From Trichodelitschia bisporula (Eukaryota), in assembly GCA_010356995.1 (NCBI GenBank), contig ML996689.1, positions 1,568,691-1,632,690 on the forward strand: a stretch of 64,000 bases of DNA. The letters run 5' to 3'. Shown piece after piece: positions 1-13,379 of this stretch. The notes under the pieces were generated by a model, which worked only from the letters and a program-made list of their open reading frames with translations, had not been told where the DNA came from and ran no database searches. Position numbers and translations under genes: made by a program. Positions within the stretch are counted from its first letter, which is position 1. Each line of letters begins with the position of its first letter.

Positions 1-836
1 TTGTCGTTCAGCGAGAAGTAGGCAGTGGTTAGATGCATGCCATGGTCGTCAGGAGGGAAGCGGGAGGAGTGCTGTGGATTTCACCTCATTAAGTAGTCAT
101 TTCATCAATGTGGACTGATAAAGGGACAAAGTGTCGAGGAAACCCGGTGAGTTAAACAGTGGAAGCTGACGCGTCTCTGCGATATGGGAGCCAAAGTCTA
201 GTTCTACCGTACTACGTAATCGCCATCTCTCGGCATTTATTAGTACCGATCGCAGTTCCCAGTCCACGTAGCACAGAAGGCTTGAGATTTCGCCCGAGAT
301 CGACTCAACAGGTTCTCTTAGTACAGTTCCCACACTCTTGTGACAATACTACAACCGTCCAGTCCATCACCATCACCGTAAGGCTTACAATTCCACCAGA
401 CAACCCACCCTCCAGCCAGTGAGTGGAGAAAACCGGGCACCGAAATGTCACGACCGCAATACGAAGTTACAAAGAGTAGCGGAAGTGGATCTGGCTGAAG
501 CCTAGGACTCAACCCACTCCCCATAGGTAGGTAAAATCAACAACACCGTTATCCGCCTATTCCCTCATCCGAACCCCTCACCAACTCGCTCCCTCCCATC
601 CGCGATATCTCACTGCGGCTGAGCAACCCCTCCCCACCGCCAAGCCACGCCAACAGCCTCACCCCCACCCCTGCCCCGCAACCCCACCACAGCCGCACAG
701 CCGCACTCCAGCGTGTGAGGCAACATCATCACTGCCCTCTTCTCCATCTCCCCCATCACCACTCACCCCATCTCCCACAGAACCCCCATCACCATCATCA
801 CCATCATCACTACAACCCCCCATCGTCACCACCAAA

Positions 837-1334
837 ATGTTCAACCCCGCCCCCACCGTCACCACCACAACAATCCCCCCCCTAAACCCCACCCCCATCG
901 AACTAGACGGCTCCCCCATCACCACAACCCGCCCCAGCAAACCCACGCACCTCCCTCTCCCCACCGACTCCGCCCCCCAACCCACAGTCAGCACACCCGG
1001 CGCCGAGGAAGAAGCCTGGGGCGCGCTGAGCGGCGAGAAAGGCGCCGTAGAGGAGCGGCGCGAGGTAAGGCTGCCCCCCCGAGTAGTACACTCTTTGGCT
1101 ACAGCAGACTCGCTAACGCTAACGCTCGCGCAGAAACGCATCGAGCTCCTCAACGCGCGCGCCCGCGATCCCGCCGTGCTGGTCGATATCCCCGCCACGC
1201 CCGGGCCGCTGGACTATGCGGTTGCGGAGAGGGTAGACGGGGCGGTGGGCAGGAGGGCGGGGGTCGAAGGCGCTGGCGCCGAGGTTGCGGATGGGGAAGA
1301 AGGTGGCGTACCGCTTGAGCCGGGGGCGCGGTAA
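837..1334 (+). CDS. Hypothetical Pro/Thr-rich protein, possibly the 3' exon of a gene starting further upstream
   Basis: 165-aa ORF with the C-rich to G-rich gradient seen in the confident genes here; no recognisable domain. Confidence 0.3.
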   Translation: MFNPAPTVTTTTIPPLNPTPIELDGSPITTTRPSKPTHLPLPTDSAPQPTVSTPGAEEEAWGALSGEKGAVEERREVRLPPRVVHSLATADSLTLTLAQKRIELLNARARDPAVLVDIPATPGPLDYAVAERVDGAVGRRAGVEGAGAEVADGEEGGVPLEPGAR

Positions 1335-1433
1335 CGCGTGTGATGGGCGGTTAAGCACGGGTAGTTAGGGGCATGCAGGTAGCTTGATTAATGATTTCTG
1401 GCAATTAGTTCTAGGCGCAAGTTTCATGTTTTC

Positions 1434-3600
1434 TTATATCCACCCCACCGCCCGCGGCGCCTTCTTCCGCCGCTCGCCGTTCACATATTCATAATTCGAA
1501 TCCTCGCGCACTTCCACCCTCCCCTCTTCCCCCTCCTTATCCCGTCCCATCTCCGCCACGCTCTCCGCCACGCTCTCCGCCACGCCCAGCCCAACAACCC
1601 GTATACTAGCCTTCATCCGCGCCCTCCTCCTCTCCCTGCCCCACCACACCTTCCCCAGTATCTCGCTCCCGCTCCCGCTCCCCTCCGACCCACCACTGCC
1701 GCCACGCTTATGCCCTTTGCCGCTCCCTGGACTCGAGGTAGTCGGACTTAACGACGCCCGGGCCCGCAGGGCATTCCAAACCCCGGATTTGGGAGGCGGA
1801 GTCGGCGCGGGCAGTGACGATAGCGCAGATTTAGTAGACGGCGCCGGCGAAGTCTCCACGCGGAGTGGGCGGCGGACGGTTGGTGCACGCCCCATGCGTC
1901 GTGGATAACTGGGCGCGGACCCGCTGCGCCGCCGGCTCAGGCTATCTTTTCGTGGTGGAAATGGAGGGGCGGGGGACAGGGGGCCGCGAGGGGGAGAGGA
2001 TGGGTTGCCGGGGGNNNNNNNNNNNNNNNNNNNNNNNNNNNNNNNNNNNNNNNNNNNNNNNNNNNNNNNNNNNNNNNNNNNNNNNNNNNNNNNNNNNNNN
2101 NNNNNNNNNNNNNNNNNNNNNNNNNNNNNNAGGAGGTGGGGTGCAGTTGCGGGGAGGGTGTTTCGAGGCGCGGAGCGGGCCGGGGGGGCGGGGTTTCGAG
2201 CCGTTGTGCGGGCCGTGGGGAAGGGCTTGCGTGGCGTGGCTGCGGGGATGGGGTCTCGAGACGTGGCCCGGGCCGCGGAGACGAGGTTCGGAGACACCGT
2301 GCGTGTCCGGGAGACGGGGTCTCAAGCCGCGGGCCGGGCCGCGGGGATGGACTTTCGTGTCGTTGCCAGGGAGGGGGGGTCTCGAACCTCGGCCCTAGCC
2401 TGGGGGACGGGGGTTCGAGACGCGGGCCGGGCCGAGGGGACGAGGTTTCGAGGCGCGACCGAGGGGCTGGAGTTTCGTGGCGCAGGTCGGGCATATCAGT
2501 TCGAGTGTGATTTCGCGGCGGCTCCCGCGGCGCCGGAACCGGGTTGGGCAGCGCCCCAGGCAGCGCCGTCAGGCTAGGTAAGCGCCTGTGCTTTACGCGA
2601 GGCGCAAGCGGCGCGGGAGATCCGCGAGCGACGGACGCGGGCGCGCGGGCCGGGGTGCTATAAAGCGGTGGAGGCGTGGCGAATAGCGGCGCCGGGAGCA
2701 AATGCTCCTCACTCCCATCGGACTCAGCCGGGCTCGGATTAGTTTCGCGCCCGGCGTCGGCAGCTTCGGTATATGGTGAAGGGGTGGCGGTCGGCGGGGT
2801 AACCAGGTCCCGGTACGCGGCCACCAGCGCCGGATAATCCGCCGTCGCGAGCCACGCCGCGGTCTCGCGCTCGGGATGCCGATCAGGTGGGCTGTACAGC
2901 GCGGAGACCGATTCCGGCGCTGGTGGCGCTACGTCTCTGGCGTCGAGGCGCGCGAAGTCGAGGGCGCTTACGGCTTCGAGTGTCGAAGGCCTCGGTCGGT
3001 GCCGGCGGGGCGGGTCCGCGGATGCACTCCGCTGCTGCACATGTGTCGCGGCGAGCGAAGCGGCGAATCCGGACGGGGTTATGTTCTCCGGCGGGACGTG
3101 GGCGTGCTCAGCCGGGGAGGGGAGGATGAGGGGTGTGTAGACGCGGGGCTCGAGGCGGGGNNNNNNNNNNNNNNNNNNNNNNNNNNNNNNNNNNNNNNNN
3201 NNNNNNNNNNNNNNNNNNNNNNNNNNNNNNNNNNNNNNNNNNNNNNNNNNNNNNNNNNNNNNNNNNNNNNNNNNNNNNNNNNNNNNNNGGATGAAGGTTT
3301 GGAAGGTTATGGGTGGGGAGGGCATGGTTGGCTCGTAGGGTGAGGAGGGCGGGGTGATGGACTGGAGGGTTATTAGGAGGGTGGATAGGCGGGTGAGGGG
3401 GGAGAGGGGAGGGTGGTGGGGGGAGGGGATAAGAGATGGGGAGTTAGGGGGGGCATGTTGTCGTGACATTGGGACAAAGGCGATGGGGTTCGAGGCGGGG
3501 ACGGTTCCGGTGGTTCTTTGATGGTGAGGTTGCGCGAGGATCGAGGCGGACGTTTATCAAGTTGATGGAGGACATGTTCGCGGGGTGGAAAGATGGACAC
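1434..3600 (-). CDS. Hypothetical large disordered Pro/Arg/Ser-rich protein with internal 11-aa repeats; model broken by two N gaps
   Basis: Long open frames 3469-1937 and 2297-1434 across the gaps; ATG at 3600 (MSIFPPREH); ctaataaccctccag acceptor near 3362; exact exon structure unresolved. Confidence 0.45.
2015..2130. other. Assembly gap (N run)
   Basis: Run of N bordered by G-rich sequence. Confidence 0.99.
2140..2490 (-). repeat. Coding tandem repeat, ~33-nt unit encoding PRPGPRLETPS, roughly 9 degenerate copies
   Basis: Translation shows recurring RLETPSP/RLEPPSP/RFETPPP/RHESPSP units. Confidence 0.8.
3161..3288. other. Assembly gap (N run)
   Basis: Run of N flanked by G on both sides. 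Confidence 0.99.
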
Positions 3601-4061
3601 GTTGGGTGGGTTTTTTGTGTGTTCACGAATAGAGCCGGCGATGGAGTCTGTGATGGATATCAGTCCATGTGTTGAGGTAGTGGAGAGGGTGTTGGAGGAG
3701 CGACGACGTGCGCTGCAAAAAGATAACTGCCAGCCTTCTCAGCCAGATGAGCAGGTGACGCGGCAACGACTTTTTGCCCACGTCCTCGATCCCAAGACCA
3801 ACCCAACAGCCCCGTTGCACACACCGCGCGCAGCACGGCCACAATGCGGCCGATGAAGCCGAGCGTAGGATGAAAGTTCGCAGCGTCTTTGTCGCCATAA
3901 GCCGCAGTGATTCAACATCGCCGTGAGCAGACGTTGTTGGCCTTCATTCCCCGTGGACGAATTAGGATGCGGCACGGGCCGTTGGCGCAAGGCTAAGGGC
4001 CGGGGTGAAAAATCATGGCCTGCCTGTCCGCAAAGACGCCCCGGTAGAGCAGCTTCTACTA

Positions 4062-4241
4062 CGGTATCAGGCCGAATAAAGGTCAACCTGCAAGGGTCCC
4101 TTGGCGGGCAAGATAATATTCGCTGGCCACAAGCCGGTGGTAAAGTCAGCACCACTTTTTCCATCAGCCCCGGAAAGTCATTGCTACCCTATCACAGCGC
4201 AAGACCACCCTGCAGATTGACCTTTATTCGGCCGGATACCG
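4062..4241. mobile_element. Putative non-autonomous MITE (180 bp), Tc1/mariner-like
   Basis: TIRs CGGTATCAGGCCGAATAAAGGTCAACCTGCA (4062-4092) and TGCAGATTGACCTTTATTCGGCCGGATACCG (4211-4241) are reverse complements with 2 mismatches; TA on both sides (4060-61, 4242-43); no transposase capacity. Confidence 0.7.
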
Positions 4242-4682
4242 TAGTACTCTTTTCAAGTGGCCCAGGGTCGAAGATAAGGACGCAGAGGCACAGCGGAATG
4301 CTCGCTTCGCAGCATGCAGACATCTTTGACAGGTAACAGCGCACCCAATCCCCCATCCTCTCAAGTCCCCGCCATCATCGCAGAACGCGCTCCCATCCCC
4401 TCCCCACAACAATGATTACCCGTTGATGTCCCAAGCTCCCCGCGCAGCCACCGCATTCAGCCACCCAAGCCGTCACCAGCCCACATGTCACGCATCAAAC
4501 CTCCCTCCGCCCTCTCACATGTTTCGTCTCTCGTCTCTTATCACTCGTCTCAAACACCTCACATTCACCCCCCATTCCCCATCCCCAAAACGCGATATCA
4601 CGAATACGGCACCACGCTACTGTACTACCGTAGAACCGGAGCAAATCCGCCCGCACCAGGCGCCCACGCGCATCGCCAAGCC

Positions 4683-4683
<1 letters not shown>

Positions 4684-4778
<95 letters not shown>
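4684..4778 (+). repeat. Poly-C homopolymer (95 nt)
   Basis: Uninterrupted C run; the length may be an assembly artefact. Confidence 0.9.
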
Positions 4779-5443
4779 ATTCCCCCGCCCACTTCAGACC
4801 GGTCCAGCCCTATGCGTAGCCATTCCGCCTATTACCCGCATCTGCGCGCCTATTACCCGTCACTCACACACTCCCCCTCCCATAACCTACACGCCATCCC
4901 AGCTTTCGCATCGTAAATCCAGCGGCAGACAACGGAAGGCAGTCACAATATCTAATCCCCCATTCGCCCATCCACCCCCCCCAGTATATCGGGCGGAACG
5001 TCCATTCTCCCACCCCGCAGCCCGGAGAACCACCAAAGCACCATAACTCCGCCGTAAAATGCCACCCGTGCCTGGAACTACCTCCGTACCAGGGTGCAGT
5101 CCCTCCGCCGCCGAGTCGCACCCCCTGCTTTCGGGCCGAAACGCTGCTCCGCTGGCGCCAGTATGCGCCGCCATGCGTACTCGTAGGGCTGGAAGACTCG
5201 CGTCGCGAGAAAAAGTCCCGCTAGCAGATGTTTGCGGCTGAAGTACATAAAGAAGCGGGTGTCGCGCCTGAAGGTGTGATGGAGGGGTAGATGGGTTTTT
5301 TATCTTCAGTTCAGTGTCTGAATCTTGAGCTCGGAATATCACGACGTTGATTCTCTCCCCTTCTCCTCTTCTTTTATCTCTCCTGTTTGTCTCTGCTTCT
5401 CCATCTTCGTCCCACCTTCCCCACAGTGTGCTAGCGTGCCAAA

Positions 5444-7325
5444 ATGACAACCCCATCTTCCCACCCAGCGTCGAGCCTCGCCCTCGACGCCAAAGAAACA
5501 GACATGTCCGTCCCCGCCAGCGCCAGCGGCTCGCGCCCAGTCTCCATCAAAGCCGCAGAGCCCGAGCCCGCCCCCCCCGCCTTCAACCCAGGCTGGCGCT
5601 TCTACCTCGCCTTCTCCTCGCTGTCCATCATCACCCTCATGGCAGCGCTAGACGCGACCTCGCTCTCCGTCGCCCTCCCCATCATGGCCAAGGCGCTCCA
5701 CGGCTCCGCCATCCAGGCCTTCTGGGCCGCAACCTCGTTCCTCCTCACCAGCACCGTGTTCCAGCCCGTGGTCGGCAACTTCAGCGACGTGTTCGGGCGC
5801 CGCCCGCTGATCTACATCAGCCTCGCGTTTTTCACTGCGGGCGCCATCATCGCGGGCGTTGCGAACAACTTCACCGTTATCCTGGTCGGGCGGTCCATCC
5901 AGGGCATCGGCGGCGGCGGTACGCGCTTCTCCCCTCCCCTAAAGACCCAAAACTAACATCCTCCAGGCATCATCATCCTGACAGAAATCGTCGTTACGGA
6001 CATGGTGCCCCTCCGCGAGCGAGGCAAGTGGTTCAGCTTCATCAGCTCCATGTGGGCGCTCGGCACGGTCGCAGGCCCGTTACTCGGTGGCGGCTTCGCG
6101 CAGAACGTCACCTGGCGGTGGATCTTCTGGATCAACTTCCCCTTCATCGCCATCAGCCTGCTCTTCGTCACCCTCTTCCTACGCCTCAACTACAAGGTCG
6201 GGTCGTTCATGGAGAAGCTGCAGCGCATCGACTGGATCGGTACCGTCCTCTTCATTGCCTCCATGACGGGCTTTCTCATCCCCCTGACCTGGGGCGGCGT
6301 CATGTATCCGTGGTCGCACTGGCGCACACTGGTACCCCTGATCGTTTGCGGTAAGCAGAATTCCAGATCCGGCCAGCGCGCGTCCCCCGTGACTAACGTA
6401 AACTAGCCGCCGGCCTCGTCGCCCTGATCGTTTACGAAGAGTCCCTGTCGCGCCGTGGCTTCGAGCCCGTGATCCGCACAGAAGTACTGAAGAACCGCAC
6501 GGCGGCAGTGACCATGTTCGGCACCTTCATCCACGGCATCGTGCTCTGGGCCATCCTGTACTACCTGCCGCTGTACTTCGAGGGCGTGCACGGCTTCTCC
6601 GCCATCCTGACAGGGGTGGCACTTTTCCCGCTAACCTTCACCGTGGCGCCGGCGTCCGTTGCTACGGGTGTAGCGATTGCCATCAGCGGGCGCTACCGCT
6701 GGAGCACGTGGGTCGGATGGTTCCTGACGGTGTTCGGCCTCGGCCTGATGACCATGCTGAAGACGCATACCAGTACCGCTGCGTGGGTGTTCCTGACGCT
6801 GGTACCGGGCATCGGCACGGGGATGCTCTTCGCGGCCATGGCCATTGCCGTGCAGGCCAGTTCCACGGATAAGCTTATGTCGCACGCGGTCATCATGAAC
6901 GCGCTGTTCCGCTCGCTCGGGCAGACCGTCGGTTCGGCCATCGGCGGTGTGATCGTTCAGAACCAGATGAAGAAGAAGCTGCTCAAGTACCCGCTCCTCG
7001 CCGACAAGGCCGATGCGTACTCGCGCGACGCTAGCGGGCTGGTGCAGATCATCAAGAACATGCCCGAGTCGCTCGCGAAGTCGCAGCTCAAGGATGCCTA
7101 CGTCGATGCGCTGAAGGTGCTGATGATTGTCATGTGCGCGCTGTCTGCGCTTGGTGAGTTCAAGTCCCATTTGTGACGTGTCTGAGACCGAAGCTAACCG
7201 TGTCAGCATTCATCGCCTCCTGGTTCACCGAGGGTCATCCTCTTGATCGCGAACTGGTGACGGAGCAAGGCTTCCAGGACGGGAAGAAGACGACCGACGA
7301 GGAAAAGGTCAAGACCGAAGGCTGA
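5444..7325 (+). CDS. MFS drug:H+ antiporter, 14-TM (DHA2-type), 4 exons
   Basis: AALDATSLSVALP, SDVFGRR, GRSIQGIGGGG, GPLLGGGF and WRWIFWINFP motifs; introns at ~5919-5967, 6351-6406 and 7154-7207 join the ORF pieces; TGA ends at 7325. Confidence 0.93.
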
Positions 7326-8730
7326 TCGCGCTTCCTGCAGTCGTTTGACCGTTGTACATAATCTACGCATCTTCTTTCACGGGGCATGTTCTCCCTTGGC
7401 TTTGGGATATTGGAGCAGGCAGGACAAAGCTCGGGCGGAGCGGAGGAAGGCGTTTGGTGGTTCAAGATCCGGGGAGTGACCAAGGAGTGTCGTCATAATA
7501 GGTTAGACTTGGCGGAGATGGGAATCTTTGGAAAGCGAAGAGTTAACGAGAGGCTAACAATCCCCGCTGGATACTGATAGACTTGCGATAGAGTAATTAG
7601 CATAATAATGCATGGCATTTACCCGCTATTCCACCCGCTAAAGTGCAGTAAGACCACGCTAGACGGAGAGATTCGACGCTTTTGCCCTGCAGATGGGTCG
7701 CCTGGCTCCGTTGCGACGCCGGACGCTAGAAAGCTGCAGCGCGCGCGCACTGCATGCGTGCCGTTACTCACGGCACATACGGTAGTCTGTTGCTCATGGG
7801 CGGGGGAGGCTGAGCATTGCAGTTCTGAGGTCACAGTTGTTGAAGCATGACGATAGTTGCCATCGTGGAGTTGTGGTTTAAAGACGAAGGAAAGATCGAG
7901 AAAATAAGCGGGGAATCCCGTACTCCGCACTGACCACGCAATTCTATCTACCGTGCGAAGGAGCTTCCGGTCAATCTCGGCCACGCCCACCCGCCACGAT
8001 ATATCCACAGGGCGGGCCATGGTCAAGATCTAGGGCTGTGGAGGTGGGGGGGTAAGGATGAAGGCGAGGAGGAGATTCCGTCTCCCGCGCGGCATTTACT
8101 TCTGGCTGCAATTGGCCGCCACATGGTCACATCGATACGATATTCCAGGCACTTCATCTGTTGTGCGCTGTCGCACCGCAGCGAAGGTTGATGCGTGTTT
8201 GCCGTCGTGGGACACGCCTTTGCGTCGAGGATGCGTCTTGGCATCGAGATGCGTTCGGGTGTGTGGTACACGACAATGGAGCAACAATGGCAGAAGCGTT
8301 AAGATTAATAAGAGCAACGCACCTGGCCTACGGCGAAAGAGGCGTTGCTCGAATTGCACGAGCCGTTCATGTTGCGGCGGTGGGTGGCTTTGAGCTCCAA
8401 TGCAGGTGGAGCGGGGAGCGACATCACCATGGCTGAATTGGGATGTTCAATCGGGCGACGTCGGACGGCATCGGGAACAAACAGGGCGACACGGGAAGCC
8501 TTCCGGTTTCCGACTGATGACCTTTGAGATGGCGGTCTGCAGCACGGCTGGGTTGCCAGTAGGCTGAAACCTAAGCCTTGTCGAGGCGTGGTCACTGTTT
8601 GTTCAATGACGGAATAAATGTCTTGTCCCCAGCTAGTTCAGGCTGAGCAGATGAATATCAATACGTAATCTCGACATGTGCCTGGTCGTTTCTTGTACTT
8701 GAAGCGTTCAAGCCTTATCAGTAGGATGCG

Positions 8731-8781
8731 CAAGGTGGACACACATGGTGGACATTGCATGGTGGACACGCATGGCGGACA
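8731..8781. repeat. Minisatellite, 4 copies of a 13-14-nt unit CA(T/A)GG(T/C)GGACA
   Basis: caaggtggacaca-catggtggacattg-catggtggacacg-catggcggaca. Confidence 0.75.
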
Positions 8782-10533
8782 AAGAACCTCCAAGTGCCCG
8801 TAAGGACTCGAGTGTTGCCGTTGATCCTGATACCAGGGAAATCCTGAGCCTCGACCGTCTCTTATTTGCTGATCGTGTCGCGCATCGAAACTCGTGTGCG
8901 TGAGAAGAGAGCGGGAGAAGAGAGAGATAGACGCGGAGAGGAAGCGGAGTTCAACTGGTGATTCTTGGCTGTGAGATTGACGGAACAGCTTTCCTACAGA
9001 AGCAGTTCTTCAACGTCAAAGAAACAGCTTCCATTCCCGAAGAAGTGAAGACGTATCGGTCGCCAAGCAGCTCGTGCAACAGATCTCTTACCCCAAACCT
9101 TTTGTCACGGCCAGTCCGGGCCATTTTCGCGGTCGTTATCTCCTGCAACCCCCAGAAGCCATCAGCAATCACGTAACGGAAACCAACGCTTGTCCAAGGC
9201 CCTACGCAAAGGCAACACACCCCCGAACACCACTCACCACCACCTCCCCTCTAGCCCCCCAAACTTATTCGCCCACCCAGCCTCAAATAACTACACACGG
9301 GCTTCTGGAATCAGCAGCCCGGTCAAAACATTGTTTGGCATTGTTAAAAAAACACCCGACCCTTCAACCTCTCCTCTCCGCAACTTCCGGCAACCATCGC
9401 ATCTTTCTTCGAAACTTCACCTCTCCACGCGAACCAACAACCCTCGGCGCGAAAGAGCACTAAACAACGAAAAGCGGCCCTCTCAACCAATCCGTTATGC
9501 GTCTGCGCCAATACCTTCAATTTACCGCCTGAATTCCGCGCCTGAGTTGCTCTTTCACTAGAACCTCTCAACCCCGGGCTCGAGCGGAAACTCAATGACG
9601 GCTAAGGCCATCCACTATCTCATTCTGCTGCAATCCCTCGCAGGCAATTTAGGTGGTCCGTAGGCCAACTTTCCGGACAACTACTACGGATTACACGAGA
9701 GGATTCCGCAAATTCGCTACCCAACAAACATCTTCTCCATCAAAATTTCGCTTTGGGACGAGGGAAACTCCAGCCTGGGCATTCTCTGGGCATCAAAGCA
9801 TCAGAAAAAGCGCCGGATCGTCAGTTTAGGGCCCGCCGCCGGGGAAGGGGATTATTTCGCCGGTCCCCCAAGCAATCGCCGGCCCGGTACTCTCTCACTG
9901 GACAGAGGCCGAAGCGGCGCGCCGGTTGGAAGGGCTGATTACTAAGGTACGCTGATAAGAGATTCCCGACAAGAAAACCCCACCCCCCGTTTCACCCTGT
10001 CCGCATCAGGAAATGCGCGATGCATTTCTCCGCCAAGCCGGCTGTCGTGTGACTGGCATCTCCCCCAGCTTTTTGTCCCCCTCAGTGGTTCTTTGCCGAG
10101 CCCTTTTTTTGCCGTGTACCTTTCTGTTCGAACGTTGTCTGGCCTTCGATTTTGCTTTTGCCGTCCCCGCTCTCACAACGGTTTATCGTCAGCCTTGTAT
10201 TATGCCTCTCTCTTTGTCGTCTTCCTTTCCCAATGAAATCCCCTCTCCCCCACCCTGCTCCCCTCCAAATCAGGCGCTTCGGACGCTAACAACGGCTTTC
10301 CCGCACAGGTGGCAGCCACCCAAAGCGATCCCCTGCGCATGCATATGCCCCATTGACATCCCCATCACCCCTCCCCCCACAGGCACCCCTCCCCCCCACC
10401 ATCCCTGGTCCCGTCCATAGATCTCACGGTTCCTTATCGGAATTCACTGCACTACGCCCACCCCTCCACGCCACCCCACTCTTCCCTTCTGGGCAATCCC
10501 CACATCTGGTCACCAATTCCATTGCCCAACACT

Positions 10534-12151
10534 ATGGCCGTCGCTATCCAACCCGCTATGGCCCGCCCCAATAACACTCCTATCCCTATCGCCGTCGCCC
10601 GCCCGCCACCCCAGCGCCGAGTCCCCAGCAAGGACCAGTCTCAGCCGCAACAACCCCTCGTGCACCTCAAGGCAGCGTCACCTTTCGTAGCCGCCGCTGG
10701 CGTTGCTAACCACAGAACGCGCCGCGAGAGACCCTGCGACGCTTGCCGGAGAAGGAAAAGCCGTTGTGTCATCAACGAAGGTGCTTCGCTGTGCGTGCTG
10801 TGCGAATTCCACAAGCAGGACTGTACTTTTGTCCAAGATCCTCAGCCTCGGAAAAGGAAAGTGCCAACAGACGAGCCGAGACCTGAAAGCAGTCCTAAGA
10901 AGAGGTAAGCTTTCGTTGTTGCCGCTTGCTTCCGCTGCTGTGTGACGGCCCGAGCCTAATACCCTCCTAGGTCCATTGGCGTGGAATCGGCACGACCGTC
11001 GCCACCAACGTCAGTCGGCAAGCCAGCCAGCAGTCCAAGACAACGACCAGCCGTCATCCAACGCCTCGACATCGGCCATGTATTGACAGAGTCCCTGGGC
11101 CTGCAGACCTCCAAACACGGCCGCTACATAGGCCTGACGTCACCCTTCGACTCCACCCTCATCGGCCTCTCGCAGTTCGACTCGCGCAACGAGAGCATCC
11201 TAGCGCTAGGCACCCTCCGCCGCGTGAACGATCATGATACATTCATCATGTTCTCAGACGACACCTCCCGCGACTACGGCAGCGACGCCGACATCCTCCA
11301 GGCCATCCACCGCGTCGTAGCCCCGCATGGCCCCGCCCTCATCGACCTCTACTTCCGCGTCGTCCACGACAGCTTCCCCATCCTGCAGAAGCAGATCTTC
11401 CTCGAGCGCTACCGCTCCCCCACCCACACCGTCTCGCCCCCGCTCCTCGCGGGCATGTACATCTTGGCGCTCAACTGGTGGTCACATGACTCGACTCTCG
11501 CGCCCCTTCCCCGGCCCGACGTCACCCAGCTCGAGTCCATCGCGTCCATCTCCCTGGCCGCCGCCATGCAGCGCCCCAAGCTGTCCACCGTCCAGGCGGG
11601 GCTTTTACTCCTCCAGCGCCCCGAGGCCGACTCCTGGAGCCTGACGACGCAGCTCGTCGCCATCGGTCAGGAGCTAGGCTTGCACCTCGACTGCACGACA
11701 TGGTCGATCCCGCAGTGGGAAGTCGGGCTGCGCAAGCGCATCGCGTGGGCGCTGTACATGCAGGACAAATGGAGTTCGCTGATCCACGGCCGGCCGTCGC
11801 ACATCTTCAGCGCCAACTGGGCGGTCAAGCCCATCACGCCCGAGGACGAGGCGGACGAGGCTAGCCCGGCGGGTGCCGCGGGCGAGGAGGACAAGGCCGA
11901 GGCCGAGAAGGGCCAGATCCTGTTCCGTCAGATGATTTCGCTCACTGCTATCATGGCTGAGATTATGGATACGTTTTACACCCAGATTGCCATCCAGGAC
12001 TTTGCCAATGCGGGCCGCGATTCTACACGCCTCATATTGGAGCGCGCGAAGCCAGTCCAGATAAAGCTCAAGGAGTGGTTCTCCAAGCTCCCCGCCGTGG
12101 TCCGCATGGACAACGTCACCCCCAAGCACCTCTCCTCCACAGGTAAGCCCC

Positions 12152-12194
<43 letters not shown>

Positions 12195-12852
12195 CCCACA
12201 TGCAGGCTTCCTCCACCTCGCCTACTTCGCCACCGAAATCACGCTCCACCGGCGCATCGTCGGCAGCCTCGACACCACCAACTCGGACCCCTACCTCCTG
12301 TACATCTGCCGCTCGGCGGCAAAAACGCGCCTCATCTCCGCCATGGACTTCGTAAACCGCCTGCGTCCCGAACACCTGCAGGCCTTCTGGTACTTCCCGT
12401 CCAAAATAAATTTCACCCTCATCGGCACCTTCGGCGGCCTACTGTGGGCCACCGCCCCCGCAAAAGAAGAAGCCGATTTCTACCGCACACGCCTGCGCGA
12501 ATACCGCTGGACGCTCAGCGTCTCGTCCGACCGCGCCGATTTCCTAGACTACGCGGTGCAGATGCTAGACACCAGCCGGTCGATGCTGCGCAACCTCGCT
12601 GATAAACCGAGTCTCGCGCAGATGCAAGCGCAGACTAGTAGCGTGGGTGTACCTGCTGTGCCGCGCCCGGCGGCTCCTGCGAGGAGAGCGGAGAGTGGTG
12701 CGGAACAGGAGGAGAGGGCGGGGGATGTGAGTCCGCCGTTGACGAGGAATACGAGTGTGAGTGTGTTTTCGGGGTTTTCGAGTGAGGCCCTCGATCAGTA
12801 TCAGGAGGAGACGCGGAATGGGCCGGATACGCCGCCGAGTAGTGTTGGATGA
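10534..12852 (+). CDS. Zn(II)2Cys6 transcription factor with fungal-specific TF domain, Dal81/TamA-like
   Basis: CDACRRRKSRC...CVLCEFHKQDC binuclear cluster; ELGLH and RKRIAWALYMQDKWSSLIHGRP middle-homology region; introns ~10905-10970 and 12143-12205 (in-frame, holds a 39-nt poly-C). The Dal81/TamA assignment rests on recalled similarity only. Confidence 0.9.
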
Positions 12853-13379
12853 CTATTGGCGGAGGGGGGGGCAGGGTGGTGGGGTTAGTGGGAGTGTTGG
12901 GAGGTGTTGGTGGGAGTGATGCTTCTGCTTCTGCTTGGCTGGCTGGCTGGCTGGCCCGCTTGGGTGCTGTGTGTTTGGGGAGTGATGTGTGGGTGGTTCC
13001 GTAACTTTTTCGGGCTCGGGAGCGAAATTTGGGCGGTGGACTCTTGGGCTACCTTTTTTGGTAGAGGTGGGAACGGACAGCGTATGACGAACCATCTCTG
13101 GACTTGCGATACCTTACGACTGATAGAGGCGCCTTGGCTGCCGTGGAGATGGATGGAGTAGATTAATGCTAAAAAGGGGTGCGGGTAATGTCCAGCTCTG
13201 TAGCACGTTTAGCCTGAATCTTCGGTGATATCAAAAGACCGTAACCAATTTGGCGTAGAATACATCATCATCGCCCTCGAGGGGTATGCACGCAGCACTA
13301 AAACACCCGCTCCCTCCTGCATCCGTGGCACTCTCATCATACCTACCCTTCACCCACAATCCAAAAGCATTCTCACCCC

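Noticed and set aside
4423..5046. ORFs with ~31 consecutive prolines
   Set aside because: The polyproline comes from a pure poly-C run that reads Pro in every frame; neighbouring gaps also abut G runs, so the run length and coding status are unreliable
7400..10400. Many short ORFs between the MFS and TF genes
   Set aside because: No recognisable domain or consistent exon chain; a possible 5'-UTR intron (~10181-10308) belongs to the TF gene
12143..12205. Polyproline stretch in the Zn2Cys6 protein translation
   Set aside because: It lies in a 63-nt in-frame intron (GTAAGC..ctaac..CAG), so it is probably not in the protein
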